A DNA stretch of 64,000 bases from Bdellovibrionales bacterium (GTDB lineage Bacteria > Bdellovibrionota > Bdellovibrionia > Bdellovibrionales > UBA1609): NCBI GenBank assembly GCA_965261545.1, contig CBDHDF010000011.1:256001-320000 (forward strand), in the 5' to 3' direction. Positions 48,453 to 59,351 of the stretch are shown here, one piece after another. Made by a program: the position numbers and the translations under genes. How positions within the stretch are numbered: the first letter of the stretch is position 1; each line of letters opens with the position of its first letter. The notes under the pieces were generated by a model. That model did no database searches. It was given only the letters and a program-made list of their open reading frames with translations, and was not told the origin of the DNA.

Positions 48453-50005
48453 AAAATAAAAAGGATTTTTGTATAATGAAGAAAATATTATTTTTAACTA
48501 CCTTAATTATGGCTATATCTTTTATTTATTGGATAGGTAGCCAAAAGGAGAAAGGTGAGATGATCTTAAAAGTAGGATATCCTGGCAATTGGCATGACCT
48601 TATACCATCACTTCAACATACGGCTTATGCTGACGATATCATGCATAACCAATTTGAAACATTAGTTGTTATTGGCAGAAATGGAAAATCTGAAAGCATG
48701 GCCGCCAAATCGTGGTCCATCAGTGATGATAAAAGATCATTTACTTTCAATATTGATACAACTCGTAAATTCTCCAATGGAGTTTCGTTATCAGCAACTC
48801 ACTTCAAGGAGGCATGGGAGTATAGCCTCACCATTGATCCAAAATCTTCAAATAATAGCTTACTCGATGTTCTTTATAAAATTAAAGGATTTGAAGACTA
48901 TGAAAAAAATGGAGAAATATCTGGAATTAAGGTTATTGATGACTCTACTTTAAGAATTGACTTTCAGAATACTTTTCGCATAGGTCTCAATCATTTGGCT
49001 GGAACAAGAATGGCTGCCTTCATAAGGGAAGGAAATAAGTTTCTTGGCACAGGACCCTATGTCATCAACCCAATAAGCAGTGAAGAGCTTCTTCTTACTA
49101 AAAATAATTTCTATGAAGAGTCGATACCTTTTGACAAGGTGAGCGTCAAAGTTGTTCCTCCTCAGCATTCTCGTGATGCGCTAGGAAGAGGTGAAATTGA
49201 TCTTTATAAATTTGCTGAGATTGGTTATATTGATTCTTGCTTTGATAAAAATGTAGAATGTATTTCTGGCTCTGAAAATCGCCATATAGCTATAGCACTT
49301 AACGGAATGAAAAAGCGTCTTCTAAGCAATACCAACCATCGGAAAGCCCTTCAATATTTATTCTTTGAGAGTTTCACTGACAAAGATATACCAGAAGAAG
49401 ATCGTTTAAAAATTCAAATTGACCCCCAAATATTTTTACCTCTTCAGGCAGGAAGACTTGAAGACAAGGAGGCAAGTAGAATTATCCATGAAGGAAAAAA
49501 ATATGTGGATGATTTTATTAAGGCAACCCATGAGAGTCCTCTCTATCTAGCAGTATCTAATAGCGTATTATGGTACAAATCTTATCTTGAAAAGAAAGGA
49601 GTCCAATTTTCTGAAAATTCTATTGATTTTCAAGGGGAGGAACTGGCAAAAATGTATTATAAGACCTTTGAACCAGATATGATGATTTCATACAAAAGCG
49701 TTTTTGATGGTGACCCTGATGGAATATATCATACTATCGGAGAAAAAGGAGCTATCAGTTCGCCCATGTTATACCGCAAAGATGTGCTAAAACTTCTTGA
49801 AGAAGGCCGTAAAATACTTTCTTTTAAAGATTTATCTTCACATTACGAAAAAGTGGCAAGAGCTTTTTTGCATGAAATTCCATTTATTCATGTGGGTTTC
49901 CTAAAAGAAATGTCTATCATAAGAAAAGATTCTGTAAAATCAGAAAATAATTACAATCATCGTAATAGTGTTCGGTTTACAAGCTACCACCCCATGAGGA
50001 AGTAA
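48449..50005 (+). CDS. Membrane-anchored family 5 (OppA/DppA-like) solute-binding protein
   Basis: FETLV, AAKSWSISDDKRSFTFNI, KFSNG, GIKVIDDSTLRI, GTGPY; no permease or ATPase genes nearby. Confidence 0.85.
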   Translation: MKNKKDFCIMKKILFLTTLIMAISFIYWIGSQKEKGEMILKVGYPGNWHDLIPSLQHTAYADDIMHNQFETLVVIGRNGKSESMAAKSWSISDDKRSFTFNIDTTRKFSNGVSLSATHFKEAWEYSLTIDPKSSNNSLLDVLYKIKGFEDYEKNGEISGIKVIDDSTLRIDFQNTFRIGLNHLAGTRMAAFIREGNKFLGTGPYVINPISSEELLLTKNNFYEESIPFDKVSVKVVPPQHSRDALGRGEIDLYKFAEIGYIDSCFDKNVECISGSENRHIAIALNGMKKRLLSNTNHRKALQYLFFESFTDKDIPEEDRLKIQIDPQIFLPLQAGRLEDKEASRIIHEGKKYVDDFIKATHESPLYLAVSNSVLWYKSYLEKKGVQFSENSIDFQGEELAKMYYKTFEPDMMISYKSVFDGDPDGIYHTIGEKGAISSPMLYRKDVLKLLEEGRKILSFKDLSSHYEKVARAFLHEIPFIHVGFLKEMSIIRKDSVKSENNYNHRNSVRFTSYHPMRK

Positions 50006-51723
50006 TGAATATTATAACTCTTAAGCAATGGTTTTTTAGAAATACGAGATTCCCCCTGATTACATTAGGTTCTGTGGTAGCTCTTGTACAGATTGCCTTT
50101 CTTATCCATACTCACAAGGAATTAAGAAAAGGGCAAGACAAAGCTATTCGTAATCTTGTTGCCACAGTTGCAAATATTGGTATTCAACAAAAAAACAGAA
50201 CCCTCCTTGAGTCATCATTTCAGCTTGCCATTGAAGAGCTTGGAGTGAAGTCTATGATTGTGTGCAAAGGGTCAAGGCGTCTTTTTCATCAACCTGCTGG
50301 GTTTGGGAGTTGTCCAAATCCTCCGCAATCCAATTCATATCAATACATCATTGAAATTAACCCTTCGGGGTTTCATGAATACAAATTTTATTTTTATGTG
50401 AGTCGATTCCCTCTTAATTTTTCACTTGTGGCTCTTAACGGTATTACTCTTATATTCTTAATCATTGTATTTCGCATCATATACAAAATTCAAAGAAAAT
50501 TCCATGATGATATTTTATTTCCATTAAAAGACGCATTAAAGGATGATTTATCTGAAAAAAATAAATTTCAAATTAATGAACTTAATTCTATCAGGGAAAC
50601 ATTCGATGAACATCGTAAGTCAAAAGAAAAACAGGCCATTGCTGGAGCTATTGTTGAGCATAACATGAATATTAACCATAATATTAAATCCATTAAACAA
50701 ACTCTTGATGTTATCATATCGGGAGAATTTTCTTCAAACAGACAAAAGAAACGATTTCATCAAGTTTCAAATGATTTTACAAGGCTTATGGCCAAGGTGG
50801 CTGAACAAATACCCGATAGAAATCAGGCCCAACTTATTACATCAGATAAAACATTCTTTGAATATCTTGAAGAAGGAAACCAAAAAAAGACAAAAGTAAA
50901 CGTCAAAGATGCCTTTGAAATTGCTATCGAGCATAAAAAAATTGAAACGAAGGCACATGCAGAAGATATTCATATTGATCTTTCTTATAAAGATGAAATC
51001 AAAAATTTATTCATTGAGGCTGTGGACCCTGAACTAAGAGGTATTCTTTCCAATTTGATGAATAATTCCATTGATTCAAAGGCCACTCATATTCAAATCG
51101 AGTTGTGCAAAAAAGATTCTAATCTTGTAGCTACCCTGGTTGATAATGGTGCAGAAATCCCTGAAGATATTAAGAAAAATATTTTCCATCGCGGTTTTAG
51201 TTGGGGTAAAGAGAAGGGGACAGGCTATGGACTTTACCATGCTCAAAAATTCATAGAGTCATGGGGTGGAGAACTGAACCTCTTAAAAAGTAAGACAAGA
51301 AGTAAAGACGGAAGTAAAAAAGGACAAACAATTTTTGAAATAAGGCTGCCCCTATGGAAGCCCTCACCTATAAATCTTGATTCAAAAAGCCATATAGTGA
51401 TAGTGGATGATGAGGAATCAGTCCATAGCAAATGGTCTGAAAAGATAACATCCATCAATCCAAGTGCGAAAGTCCTCCACTTCAAGAAACCCCATGAGTT
51501 TCAAGTTTGGTTTAGCGGCAATCATGTCTTTTCTGACCATGTATTCTTTTTTGATAGCGACCTTGGAGACAATGAAGAAACTGGAGAACATTTGATAGAT
51601 GAGATGGGTCTTAATCATATGTCCTACCTTGTCACAAACAACTATAACAATTCAAAGTTAGCAAGCTGGTGTAACAAGAGGTCCATTCAGGTGATCCCCA
51701 AGGGTTATTTGTTGGGTTCGTGA
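50005..51723 (+). CDS. Membrane histidine kinase with a C-terminal receiver-like domain
   Basis: Two TMs, H-box NHNIKS, NLMNNS, DNG, GTGYGLY, IVDDE..FFDSDLG. Confidence 0.9.
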   Translation: MNIITLKQWFFRNTRFPLITLGSVVALVQIAFLIHTHKELRKGQDKAIRNLVATVANIGIQQKNRTLLESSFQLAIEELGVKSMIVCKGSRRLFHQPAGFGSCPNPPQSNSYQYIIEINPSGFHEYKFYFYVSRFPLNFSLVALNGITLIFLIIVFRIIYKIQRKFHDDILFPLKDALKDDLSEKNKFQINELNSIRETFDEHRKSKEKQAIAGAIVEHNMNINHNIKSIKQTLDVIISGEFSSNRQKKRFHQVSNDFTRLMAKVAEQIPDRNQAQLITSDKTFFEYLEEGNQKKTKVNVKDAFEIAIEHKKIETKAHAEDIHIDLSYKDEIKNLFIEAVDPELRGILSNLMNNSIDSKATHIQIELCKKDSNLVATLVDNGAEIPEDIKKNIFHRGFSWGKEKGTGYGLYHAQKFIESWGGELNLLKSKTRSKDGSKKGQTIFEIRLPLWKPSPINLDSKSHIVIVDDEESVHSKWSEKITSINPSAKVLHFKKPHEFQVWFSGNHVFSDHVFFFDSDLGDNEETGEHLIDEMGLNHMSYLVTNNYNNSKLASWCNKRSIQVIPKGYLLGS

Positions 51724-51737
51724 ACTTCATTGAATTC

Positions 51738-51857
51738 ATGACCTTAGTGGGATTGGCAACCACACCTCCCGTGGATGACAGCAAAGCCTCCCCCACTTCA
51801 TCTTTGTACGATGGAAATGGCCGCATGGGGTGGCTGCAATATAAGTATTTGTTTTAG
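51738..51857 (+). pseudogene. Possible Fic-domain remnant
   Basis: A short frame contains LYDGNGRMG (compare HPFxDGNGR) without the His. Confidence 0.3.
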
Positions 51858-52140
51858 TTTTATGATTTTTCTGGCTCTTCTGAATGGGTAGAGAGAGAAC
51901 TGACACACGGTTGTAGATTTACCCGCAAATATTGAAGAGATGTCGAGCCCTCACGGTTCAGTTCACAAAACTTTTGGGATATTTTAAGATCGAGCTTTAA
52001 TAATTCAAATATCTATATTACAATCACCTTTCTAACTGCTGGATATGCCGAAGAGGTGGCGAGTGGCTTCAACAAGGCCAGCTACAAATCATTTGAAAAA
52101 AGCTTTTAAGGCAGAAATTTCCAAGTAAAGGGAAATCTAA

Positions 52141-55100
52141 ATGTTTAAACTCGAAAAAGATCAGTTGCTTCAACTTGATGACACACAACTAAGAGAGTTG
52201 GTGGCTCGTTTGTGTGAAGCAGAGTTGTTAAGCAAAAGTCAGCCTTCTCGTAATGTCAGATGGGGTGGTGCCCAAACAGCCCCTGACGAAGGTATTGATG
52301 TAGAGTGCTTAGTTGAAGATGATAACTTTATTGGTAATTTTGTACCTCGTTCCCACACAATTTTTCAAGTCAAGGTATCAAAAATGTCTCCCTATGCCAT
52401 CAAAAAAGAAATGTCTCCAACAGGACAGCTTCGACCTATTTTCTCAAAGCTTGCTAAAAATAATGGCTGCTACATCATTGTTAGTTTGAAAGATGATCTC
52501 ACTGCGTCGAAGCAAGAAACACGTGAAGAAGTGATGCGTGAAGCAGCGGCGCGTAATAAAGTTACGAATGCCGAAGATTCCAACAACCTATACATGAAGT
52601 TCTATGGACTCAATGACCTTACTAGGTGGCTCGATGATCATCCTAGTGTTCAACTTTGGGTTCGAGAAAAGCTTGGGCTCACAATAACAGGATGGCGAGA
52701 TCATGACAGGTGGAGTATGACACCATCCAATGTTGATGATAGCTTCGTTTGCGGGCCAGGTGTTGAGATTATCCTTCCGGGTAAAAAACCGAAAAGATTG
52801 GATATTGAGTCAGGAGTCAATGAAATTCGAGAGCTTGTTAGAAATTCAAATGATGCAGTGCGTATTATTGGTTTGTCGGGTGTAGGCAAAACTCGTATTG
52901 TTCAAGCTTTGTTTGAAAAAAGTGTTGGCAACAACCCTCTTGATTCAAGCCTTGCTCGGTATGCAGATATGGGTGATGAAGATGAAGTAGACCCAAAGCC
53001 AAGCAAATTTCTGGAGGATATTAATGCCAAAAGCCACAAGGCTATTGTAATCTTAGATAATTGCTCATCTAAAAAACATAATAACTATGCTAAGCTTGTT
53101 GCTTCCTTTTCAAACTCATCACAGTCAAGTGTGACACTCATTACTATTGAATATGATATCCGAGAGGACATACCTGAGTTTACTCAAGTTGTTCGCATTG
53201 AAACTAATATTGATGACATAGTAGATAGTGCGGGAATAACCTACAACATTATCAAAAATAGGTATTCAAAGTTGGGCATTGTGAACACACAATGCATTGT
53301 TCATTTTTCTAATGGTAATGCTCGACTTGCTCTTGCACTTGCTGAAAGAGTAGAGGAAAAAGAAGATCTGTCAAAATTTTCTGACGATCAATTCTTTCAA
53401 AGACTTGTTCATCAAAGAAATGCCTCCGACGACAGACTTCTCAGGTGTGCAGAAGTTTTAGCATTGGTAGACTCATTTTCTATTGAGGATAAAAATGGTA
53501 TGGATGAGTTGGCTGTTCTTTCTAATTTAATAGGTTATTCCAGAGATGATTTATACCGGAATACACAAGTACTTCTTGATCGTGGATTAGTTTTAGTTCA
53601 GAGGTGCGGAGAACGGTATGCCGTTTTGCCACATACATTGGCTAAGCGTTTAGCCTCAAGGGCTCTTAGAAATATTCCAGAAGGAAAAATTTTAAATGCA
53701 TTTGAAAACCCCGAAAACAAACGAATGCTTCAGTTATTTGCAAGACGCCTGAGATATTCTCGCGATGATAAATATGCAGAATCTATTCTAAATTCATGGC
53801 TTTCAGAGGGTGGGGTACTCCATAATCTCTACAACCTTGATGATGACAGAATAAAGCTTCTTTTCAATATCGCACCTGTAGCTCCAGAGCGTGTTTTGGA
53901 AGCCATAGAAAATCAGGCAGAAGAAATATGTAATTCTTTTTATAAAAACAAACTAGAATCTTCTTTAGTCGACGGTTTATTTACCAGACTCTTAATCCAA
54001 ATAGCATATGAAGCTAATTTCTTCGAGCGATGTGTCAATCTCCTAGCTAAGTTTGCATTTGAGCAAGGCAAGGACAATCCCAGCAAGACTATTTATTCCG
54101 ATCTCTGTGCTCTATTTAGACTATATTCCTCAGGGACTCAAGCGGGTTTGAATTTGCGAGAGAGCATTGTCCGTCGTTTTATACTCAGTAAAAATTCACG
54201 TGAACAGTCTCTTGGCTTGGGTATGCTGGAGAAGGCATTAAGCAATGAGACTAGTCTCAGCATTTGTGACTTTGGTGCTCATCCGCGATTCTATGATGGG
54301 CCACAACCTCAAGAGGAAGAAGAGTGGTTTTCTCGGTTCATTGAACTAGGAAGAACGGTGGCGGCAAACAAAGACCATCTTACACAAGCGCAGAAGGCTC
54401 GCAAACTTCTTGCAAAAGAATTTACGTTTATTTTTGATCACTTTCCGAATTTACATCAAGGCTTAGCATCTTTGGCAAGCAGCCTTAATGAGAATCGGCC
54501 TTGGCTTGAAGGTTGGTCAGCAATACAAGGAATCAAGAATCGTAACAATCATAAGTCTAAGCAACAAGGTATTTCTAATGACATAGATATTGAACAAGAT
54601 GAACTTGATAACATAAACAATCTTTTGAAGATACTAAGACCAAAATCGCTCGCTGATGAAGTAAGGACCTATGTTCTTGCTCCTTCCACTTTTGATCAGA
54701 AACCTGATGAGAGACAAAAGGCTTATAATCTAGGTCAAGCTTCTGTTAATGAACCAAATGTTATAGATGATATTTTAAGTGAACTCTTTCTGTCGTCGAG
54801 CAGAGTTACATATCTCAGTGATTTTGGAAAGGGTATGGCTGCAAGTCATAGTGATTTGCAGACCCTTTGGACTCAACTTGTCAAAGAGTTTGAGGCTACA
54901 GAAAATTATGGAAGTACTCCTGGTATTTCTTCACAATTTCCATCATTTCTCTTCCCAAAAAAGGTAAGAGAAAAACAGCGATATTATGGAAATCCTGAGT
55001 TATTATATGGTGCTTTTGAAGGTATTTATAAAAGGGATGAATCATTAGCACAGAAAATTTTAGACAAAGCTATAGAGAGTCCTGCTCTTAGAAGTATCAT

Positions 55101-56100
55101 TGTAAAATTATATTCAAGAGCACCAAATTTAGGCTGCATACGTGAGCGTCTGGAAAAGGTTTTGAAATTCAAAGATGTACCTTTAAGTCAGTTCTCATAT
55201 GTTGAGCTATTCTTAAAGGAAGCTCTGAATGAAGAAGATTTTTTGAACTTGATGAGAAAATTACTTGACAAGAAAGAGACCATCCCAATTATTCTTAATA
55301 ACTTATGCTCTCGCCACATTCGACTAATGTGTAACAATATGGATCCTAGTAATAAACTCAAAAGATTCAGTTTGTTTGTTTCAATTAAATTTCTTCGTAA
55401 TTCACTATGTAAAGATCAATATAAAAGTGTACTTAATTACTACATACCCAAAATTTTAGAATCCTGTTTAAATGAAGAAATAGATGTAGTAAATATTTTC
55501 AAGGCATCTTGGTTTTTTTCAAAGAAGAATAATTCAAATTATTTAAGAAATATATTCTTAGTTTTATCTAAAAAATCACCATTCGTATTTCTCGACACGA
55601 TCTTTCTGAATTCAGATCAAAAAATGAGATATTATAAAAGTATTTTCAATGCACAAGAATTGAATCATGAAGAAAATCCACTTTCTGAAGTAGATATTCA
55701 GGACTTACTAAAATGGTGCAAGCAAGGAAATTTTCAGGAACGACTCATCGATATTTCAAAATTTATATGCCCTTTCAAAACCACTTTCGGAAAGCCAATA
55801 AATTCAAAACCTGAGTGTGCAGATCAAGCTCATCACCTCAGACTTGCACTTACAGAGCAAGCTCGTGACCTCATAAATGAAGCTGAGAGCCCCGCCTCTA
55901 TTCTCAAAAACTTTGCTTATAAAAACGAAAAAGTAATTGTGATGGGTGCAAGGGCAGATAAAATAAAGAGTCAACGTCAGGCTTTTGAGGTACTTTTCTC
56001 ACATAAACGAGAGGATGTTCGTAACGCAGCAAATATTATAACTTCTAATCTTCAAAAACAAGAAGAAATGGAAGAACAAAAGGATAGGGAGAAACAATAG
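52141..56100 (+). CDS. Large PD-(D/E)xK nuclease-STAND-like NTPase (Avs-like defence candidate)
   Basis: DEGIDV..FQVK, Walker A GLSGVGKT, Walker B VILDNC, GNARLA, long helical C-terminus. Confidence 0.7.
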   Translation: MFKLEKDQLLQLDDTQLRELVARLCEAELLSKSQPSRNVRWGGAQTAPDEGIDVECLVEDDNFIGNFVPRSHTIFQVKVSKMSPYAIKKEMSPTGQLRPIFSKLAKNNGCYIIVSLKDDLTASKQETREEVMREAAARNKVTNAEDSNNLYMKFYGLNDLTRWLDDHPSVQLWVREKLGLTITGWRDHDRWSMTPSNVDDSFVCGPGVEIILPGKKPKRLDIESGVNEIRELVRNSNDAVRIIGLSGVGKTRIVQALFEKSVGNNPLDSSLARYADMGDEDEVDPKPSKFLEDINAKSHKAIVILDNCSSKKHNNYAKLVASFSNSSQSSVTLITIEYDIREDIPEFTQVVRIETNIDDIVDSAGITYNIIKNRYSKLGIVNTQCIVHFSNGNARLALALAERVEEKEDLSKFSDDQFFQRLVHQRNASDDRLLRCAEVLALVDSFSIEDKNGMDELAVLSNLIGYSRDDLYRNTQVLLDRGLVLVQRCGERYAVLPHTLAKRLASRALRNIPEGKILNAFENPENKRMLQLFARRLRYSRDDKYAESILNSWLSEGGVLHNLYNLDDDRIKLLFNIAPVAPERVLEAIENQAEEICNSFYKNKLESSLVDGLFTRLLIQIAYEANFFERCVNLLAKFAFEQGKDNPSKTIYSDLCALFRLYSSGTQAGLNLRESIVRRFILSKNSREQSLGLGMLEKALSNETSLSICDFGAHPRFYDGPQPQEEEEWFSRFIELGRTVAANKDHLTQAQKARKLLAKEFTFIFDHFPNLHQGLASLASSLNENRPWLEGWSAIQGIKNRNNHKSKQQGISNDIDIEQDELDNINNLLKILRPKSLADEVRTYVLAPSTFDQKPDERQKAYNLGQASVNEPNVIDDILSELFLSSSRVTYLSDFGKGMAASHSDLQTLWTQLVKEFEATENYGSTPGISSQFPSFLFPKKVREKQRYYGNPELLYGAFEGIYKRDESLAQKILDKAIESPALRSIIVKLYSRAPNLGCIRERLEKVLKFKDVPLSQFSYVELFLKEALNEEDFLNLMRKLLDKKETIPIILNNLCSRHIRLMCNNMDPSNKLKRFSLFVSIKFLRNSLCKDQYKSVLNYYIPKILESCLNEEIDVVNIFKASWFFSKKNNSNYLRNIFLVLSKKSPFVFLDTIFLNSDQKMRYYKSIFNAQELNHEENPLSEVDIQDLLKWCKQGNFQERLIDISKFICPFKTTFGKPINSKPECADQAHHLRLALTEQARDLINEAESPASILKNFAYKNEKVIVMGARADKIKSQRQAFEVLFSHKREDVRNAANIITSNLQKQEEMEEQKDREKQ

Positions 56101-56231
56101 GCATAGAAGATTTGAATAGATACTAATAATGAAGTTCAAGAATAAAAAAAATATTACGAGTTAAAGAATTATTTTTCTCTTTAATCCGAGGAAATGAATG
56201 AATTTCATAAAATATATGGAGACTTATTTTT

Positions 56232-58004
56232 ATGGATAATTTTGGCGACAAAGAAAATCCTATATGCTTTAAGGGGTACAGTTGCTTCAAAAATGAATGG
56301 TCAGAAATTGGCGATCTGAAACCAATTAACGTCATTATTGGATGCAATAACTCTGGAAAATCTCATTTTTTAGACCTAATTGCTGAACTATGTAAATATA
56401 AACATCTTGCAGATACAGGTATCGAATATATTGTTTATAAAAAAATAAATAATTTTTTAACAACTAGCAATAAAATTAGTGATTATTCAAAAAAATTTTT
56501 TAATTCAGAAGTAAAAAATGAAATTAGACAATATGATATTTATTATGAGGTAAATACAAATAAAAAATATCGTGGACTAATGTCTAAAAAAAATTGCAAA
56601 CTATTGAAAAAAATAGAATATTTATTTAGAATAAAAAATATTTCTTTATCTAGCGATTCTAAAGAAGAATTAAAGAATAGTATTTACGAAATAATTTCAT
56701 GCTCTTTGGACGAATGCACTAACTATTTTTATAATAAAACATTTAGGAGAATACTTGCAGACAGGGATGTTAAAAGAGAAACCGAAGACTCTTCCCCAGA
56801 TATTTCCCCTGATGGAACTGGTGCGACAAGTATAATACGTCAATACCTAAATTCAGCTGACTCAGAATTTGATCAAGATGTAATTAAGAAGGAATTTCTA
56901 GATTCATTGAATGAAATATTTTTTGGCCATGGAGTTTTCAAAGATATTTTCATAAAAAAACATAAAGACACTGCTTGGGAAATTTATTTTGAAGAAGAAA
57001 AAAAAGGTCGTATACCTCTAAGTAAATCAGGAAGTGGCTTGAAAACTATCATCATAGTTCTCTTAAATTTATTGGTTTCAACTAAAAATAAAAATAAAAA
57101 TGAGTTTATATTTGCATTTGAAGAATTAGAAAATAATTTACATCCATCTTTGTTAAGAAATATTTTTAATTACATCAAAGAATATATGAATAAAAATAAT
57201 GCAATATTTTTTCTCACGACTCATTCAAATGTAGCTATAGATTTTTTTGGAAAAGATAATAACGCTCAGATTATTCGTGTTATTCACGATGGTGAGTCAT
57301 CTAAATCAGAGAAAATTTCTGGGTATTTTGAATATTTAGAACTAATTTCAGACCTAGGTTCAAGGCCATCAGACATTTTGCAAGCAAATGGAATAGTATG
57401 GGTAGAAGGCCCATCAGATCGCATCTATATTAATCGTTGGATCAGTTTGTTTGATAATAAACTTAAAGAAGGATATCATTATCAATGTATTTTTTATGGA
57501 GGAGCACTGTTAGCAAATACAGAAGCAAAATCTAATGATAATACAAATGATAAATTAGTAAATTTATTATCGATTAATCCAAATATTGTTCTTGTATGTG
57601 ATGGAGATCGGTCAGAGGAAAATCAGGAATTAAAACCTAGAGTTACAAAAATTAAAAAAGATATTGACAACATGAAAAATGGATATATATGGATAACTGA
57701 AGCAAAAGAAATTGAAAATTATATACCAGGTTGTGTGATTCAAAAGACTGAATTATGCACACCTACTTTAGATGAAAACCGAGATTCAATTAAAAGTCCA
57801 GAAAAATATGAATCTTTCTTTAGTCAAGACAATAAAGACTCCTCTTCATATATTAAGAAACAAACGGGCAAAACTCGTGTAGATAAAAAAGAGCTAGCAC
57901 GAAGCAGCATTGATCATATGACCATGGAAAACATGAAAGGTCGATTTGATTGGAATTTTCATATGGAAAAAATTGTTGATCGTATAAAGGGTTGGAATAA
58001 ATAG
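56232..58004 (+). CDS. OLD-family ABC-ATPase/TOPRIM nuclease
   Basis: GCNNSGKS, SGSG, FEELENNLHP, TTHS, WVEGPSD, DGD, EIENY; very AT-rich. Confidence 0.88.
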   Translation: MDNFGDKENPICFKGYSCFKNEWSEIGDLKPINVIIGCNNSGKSHFLDLIAELCKYKHLADTGIEYIVYKKINNFLTTSNKISDYSKKFFNSEVKNEIRQYDIYYEVNTNKKYRGLMSKKNCKLLKKIEYLFRIKNISLSSDSKEELKNSIYEIISCSLDECTNYFYNKTFRRILADRDVKRETEDSSPDISPDGTGATSIIRQYLNSADSEFDQDVIKKEFLDSLNEIFFGHGVFKDIFIKKHKDTAWEIYFEEEKKGRIPLSKSGSGLKTIIIVLLNLLVSTKNKNKNEFIFAFEELENNLHPSLLRNIFNYIKEYMNKNNAIFFLTTHSNVAIDFFGKDNNAQIIRVIHDGESSKSEKISGYFEYLELISDLGSRPSDILQANGIVWVEGPSDRIYINRWISLFDNKLKEGYHYQCIFYGGALLANTEAKSNDNTNDKLVNLLSINPNIVLVCDGDRSEENQELKPRVTKIKKDIDNMKNGYIWITEAKEIENYIPGCVIQKTELCTPTLDENRDSIKSPEKYESFFSQDNKDSSSYIKKQTGKTRVDKKELARSSIDHMTMENMKGRFDWNFHMEKIVDRIKGWNK

Positions 58005-58114
58005 TGATCCTTTTTAGTCATCTGAGTCTGAGGAGGCTCAAAATAGGCTGAAAAAAGCGAAATAAGGTGGAGCCACCTCTTCCCCTTGAGGGACTCCAAA
58101 TAGAAGACTAAATT

Positions 58115-58308
58115 TTACTTCTTTACTTCACTTTTTCTTGGTCCTTTCGAGTCACTAAGCAAGGCATCTGTGAACTTGGTTGTTGGGGTCAAGCACGAAG
58201 GATTTGCTTTGTGGCTGCCTCTTGGAAGAATTGAAAAACCTCTATAGCAGAAAAGCACATAAAAACCCAAAATAAAGTGCCTACAATTAAATCAGTTAAT
58301 GCTTTCAT
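58115..58308 (-). pseudogene. Frameshifted apparent paralog of the 17065 small TM protein
   Basis: GGAGG RBS, MKALTDLIVGTLFWVF...ATKQILR; stop at 58189, continuation in another frame. Confidence 0.5.
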
Positions 58309-58360
58309 GATAATACCTCCATTTATGGTTTAAGTTGAATCCTCACTCTCTGGTAAGGGT

Positions 58361-58905
58361 TATAGTGGACCCCAAAAACAGACTGGTTGCTAAGTTACAT
58401 CGCAGCGGGTAAAAAGCCCCTCATAGGAGGGGATAATGAGAAAGAAACACAGCGCACAATTTAAGGCCAGAGTCGCACTTGACGCCATTCGTGAGACTGA
58501 CACAATGGCAGAGTTGGCCTCCAAGCATGGAGTTCCGCATCCAAATCCAAGATTGGAAGAAGCAAGCTATTGAAGCCATTCCTAAGGCCTTAGCGAGCAA
58601 AAAAAGGACAACAACGAGGTAGAAGAACAAAGAAAAACCATTGATGAATTGTATCGGCAAATAGGGCAGTTAAAGGTTGAAAATGATTGGTTAAAAAAAT
58701 CTGAGAGCTTCAATGCCTGAGAAAAAAGCCGCTATCAATTGGAAACATCCAAATATTTGTGTCACTCGCCAATGTGAGTTGCTAGGACTCTCTAAGGGAG
58801 CCTTGTACTACAAGCCCATACCTGAGAGTGCCTACAACTTAAAACTGATGAGTTTAATTGACAAACAGTACTTGGAGACCCCTTTTTATGGGAGCCGTAA
58901 AATGG
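58361..58905 (+). mobile_element. IS3-family 5' fragment (orfA frameshifted, orfB cut by IS21-B)
   Basis: [19 protein letters not shown] at 58436, ELYRQIGQLKVENDWLKK, RQCELLGLS..YY..PFYGSRKM. Confidence 0.85.
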
Positions 58906-59173
58906 TGTTAGCTGACAATTAAAATGCCCCACCGTCGCCAATGAAAAGTGGCCACTTTTCAGAGGAGGACCTATGGTGATTTTTGGCATTGTCAACCGAG
59001 ACGCATATAATCAATTGATATTACTCATAAAAAGGCTCCGAGCTGATAAGAACTCCTTTTGGGTTCTTGTCGACCTGGAAAGGGGCTCCGTGTTGGAGAG
59101 TCCTTCCATGACAGCCTATTCAGGTTCCATATTTCTCATTTGTAGACTGTTTCTGGATTTCAATGAGGTTAAA
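58906..59173 (+). mobile_element. IS21-B left-end fragment, copy 2
   Basis: Near-identical to 27836-28103. Confidence 0.9.
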
Positions 59174-59351
59174 TGTAAAATTGCATGGCATTGCCCTCAC
59201 CAGTTGCATGGTATTACCCGCACCGATTGCATGGCATTACCCGCACCAGTTGCATGGCATTACCCTCACCAGTTGCATGGCATTGCCCGCACCAGTTGCA
59301 TGGCATTGCCCGCACTGATTGGCATGACTGATTCCCCTTAGCATAGCGTCA

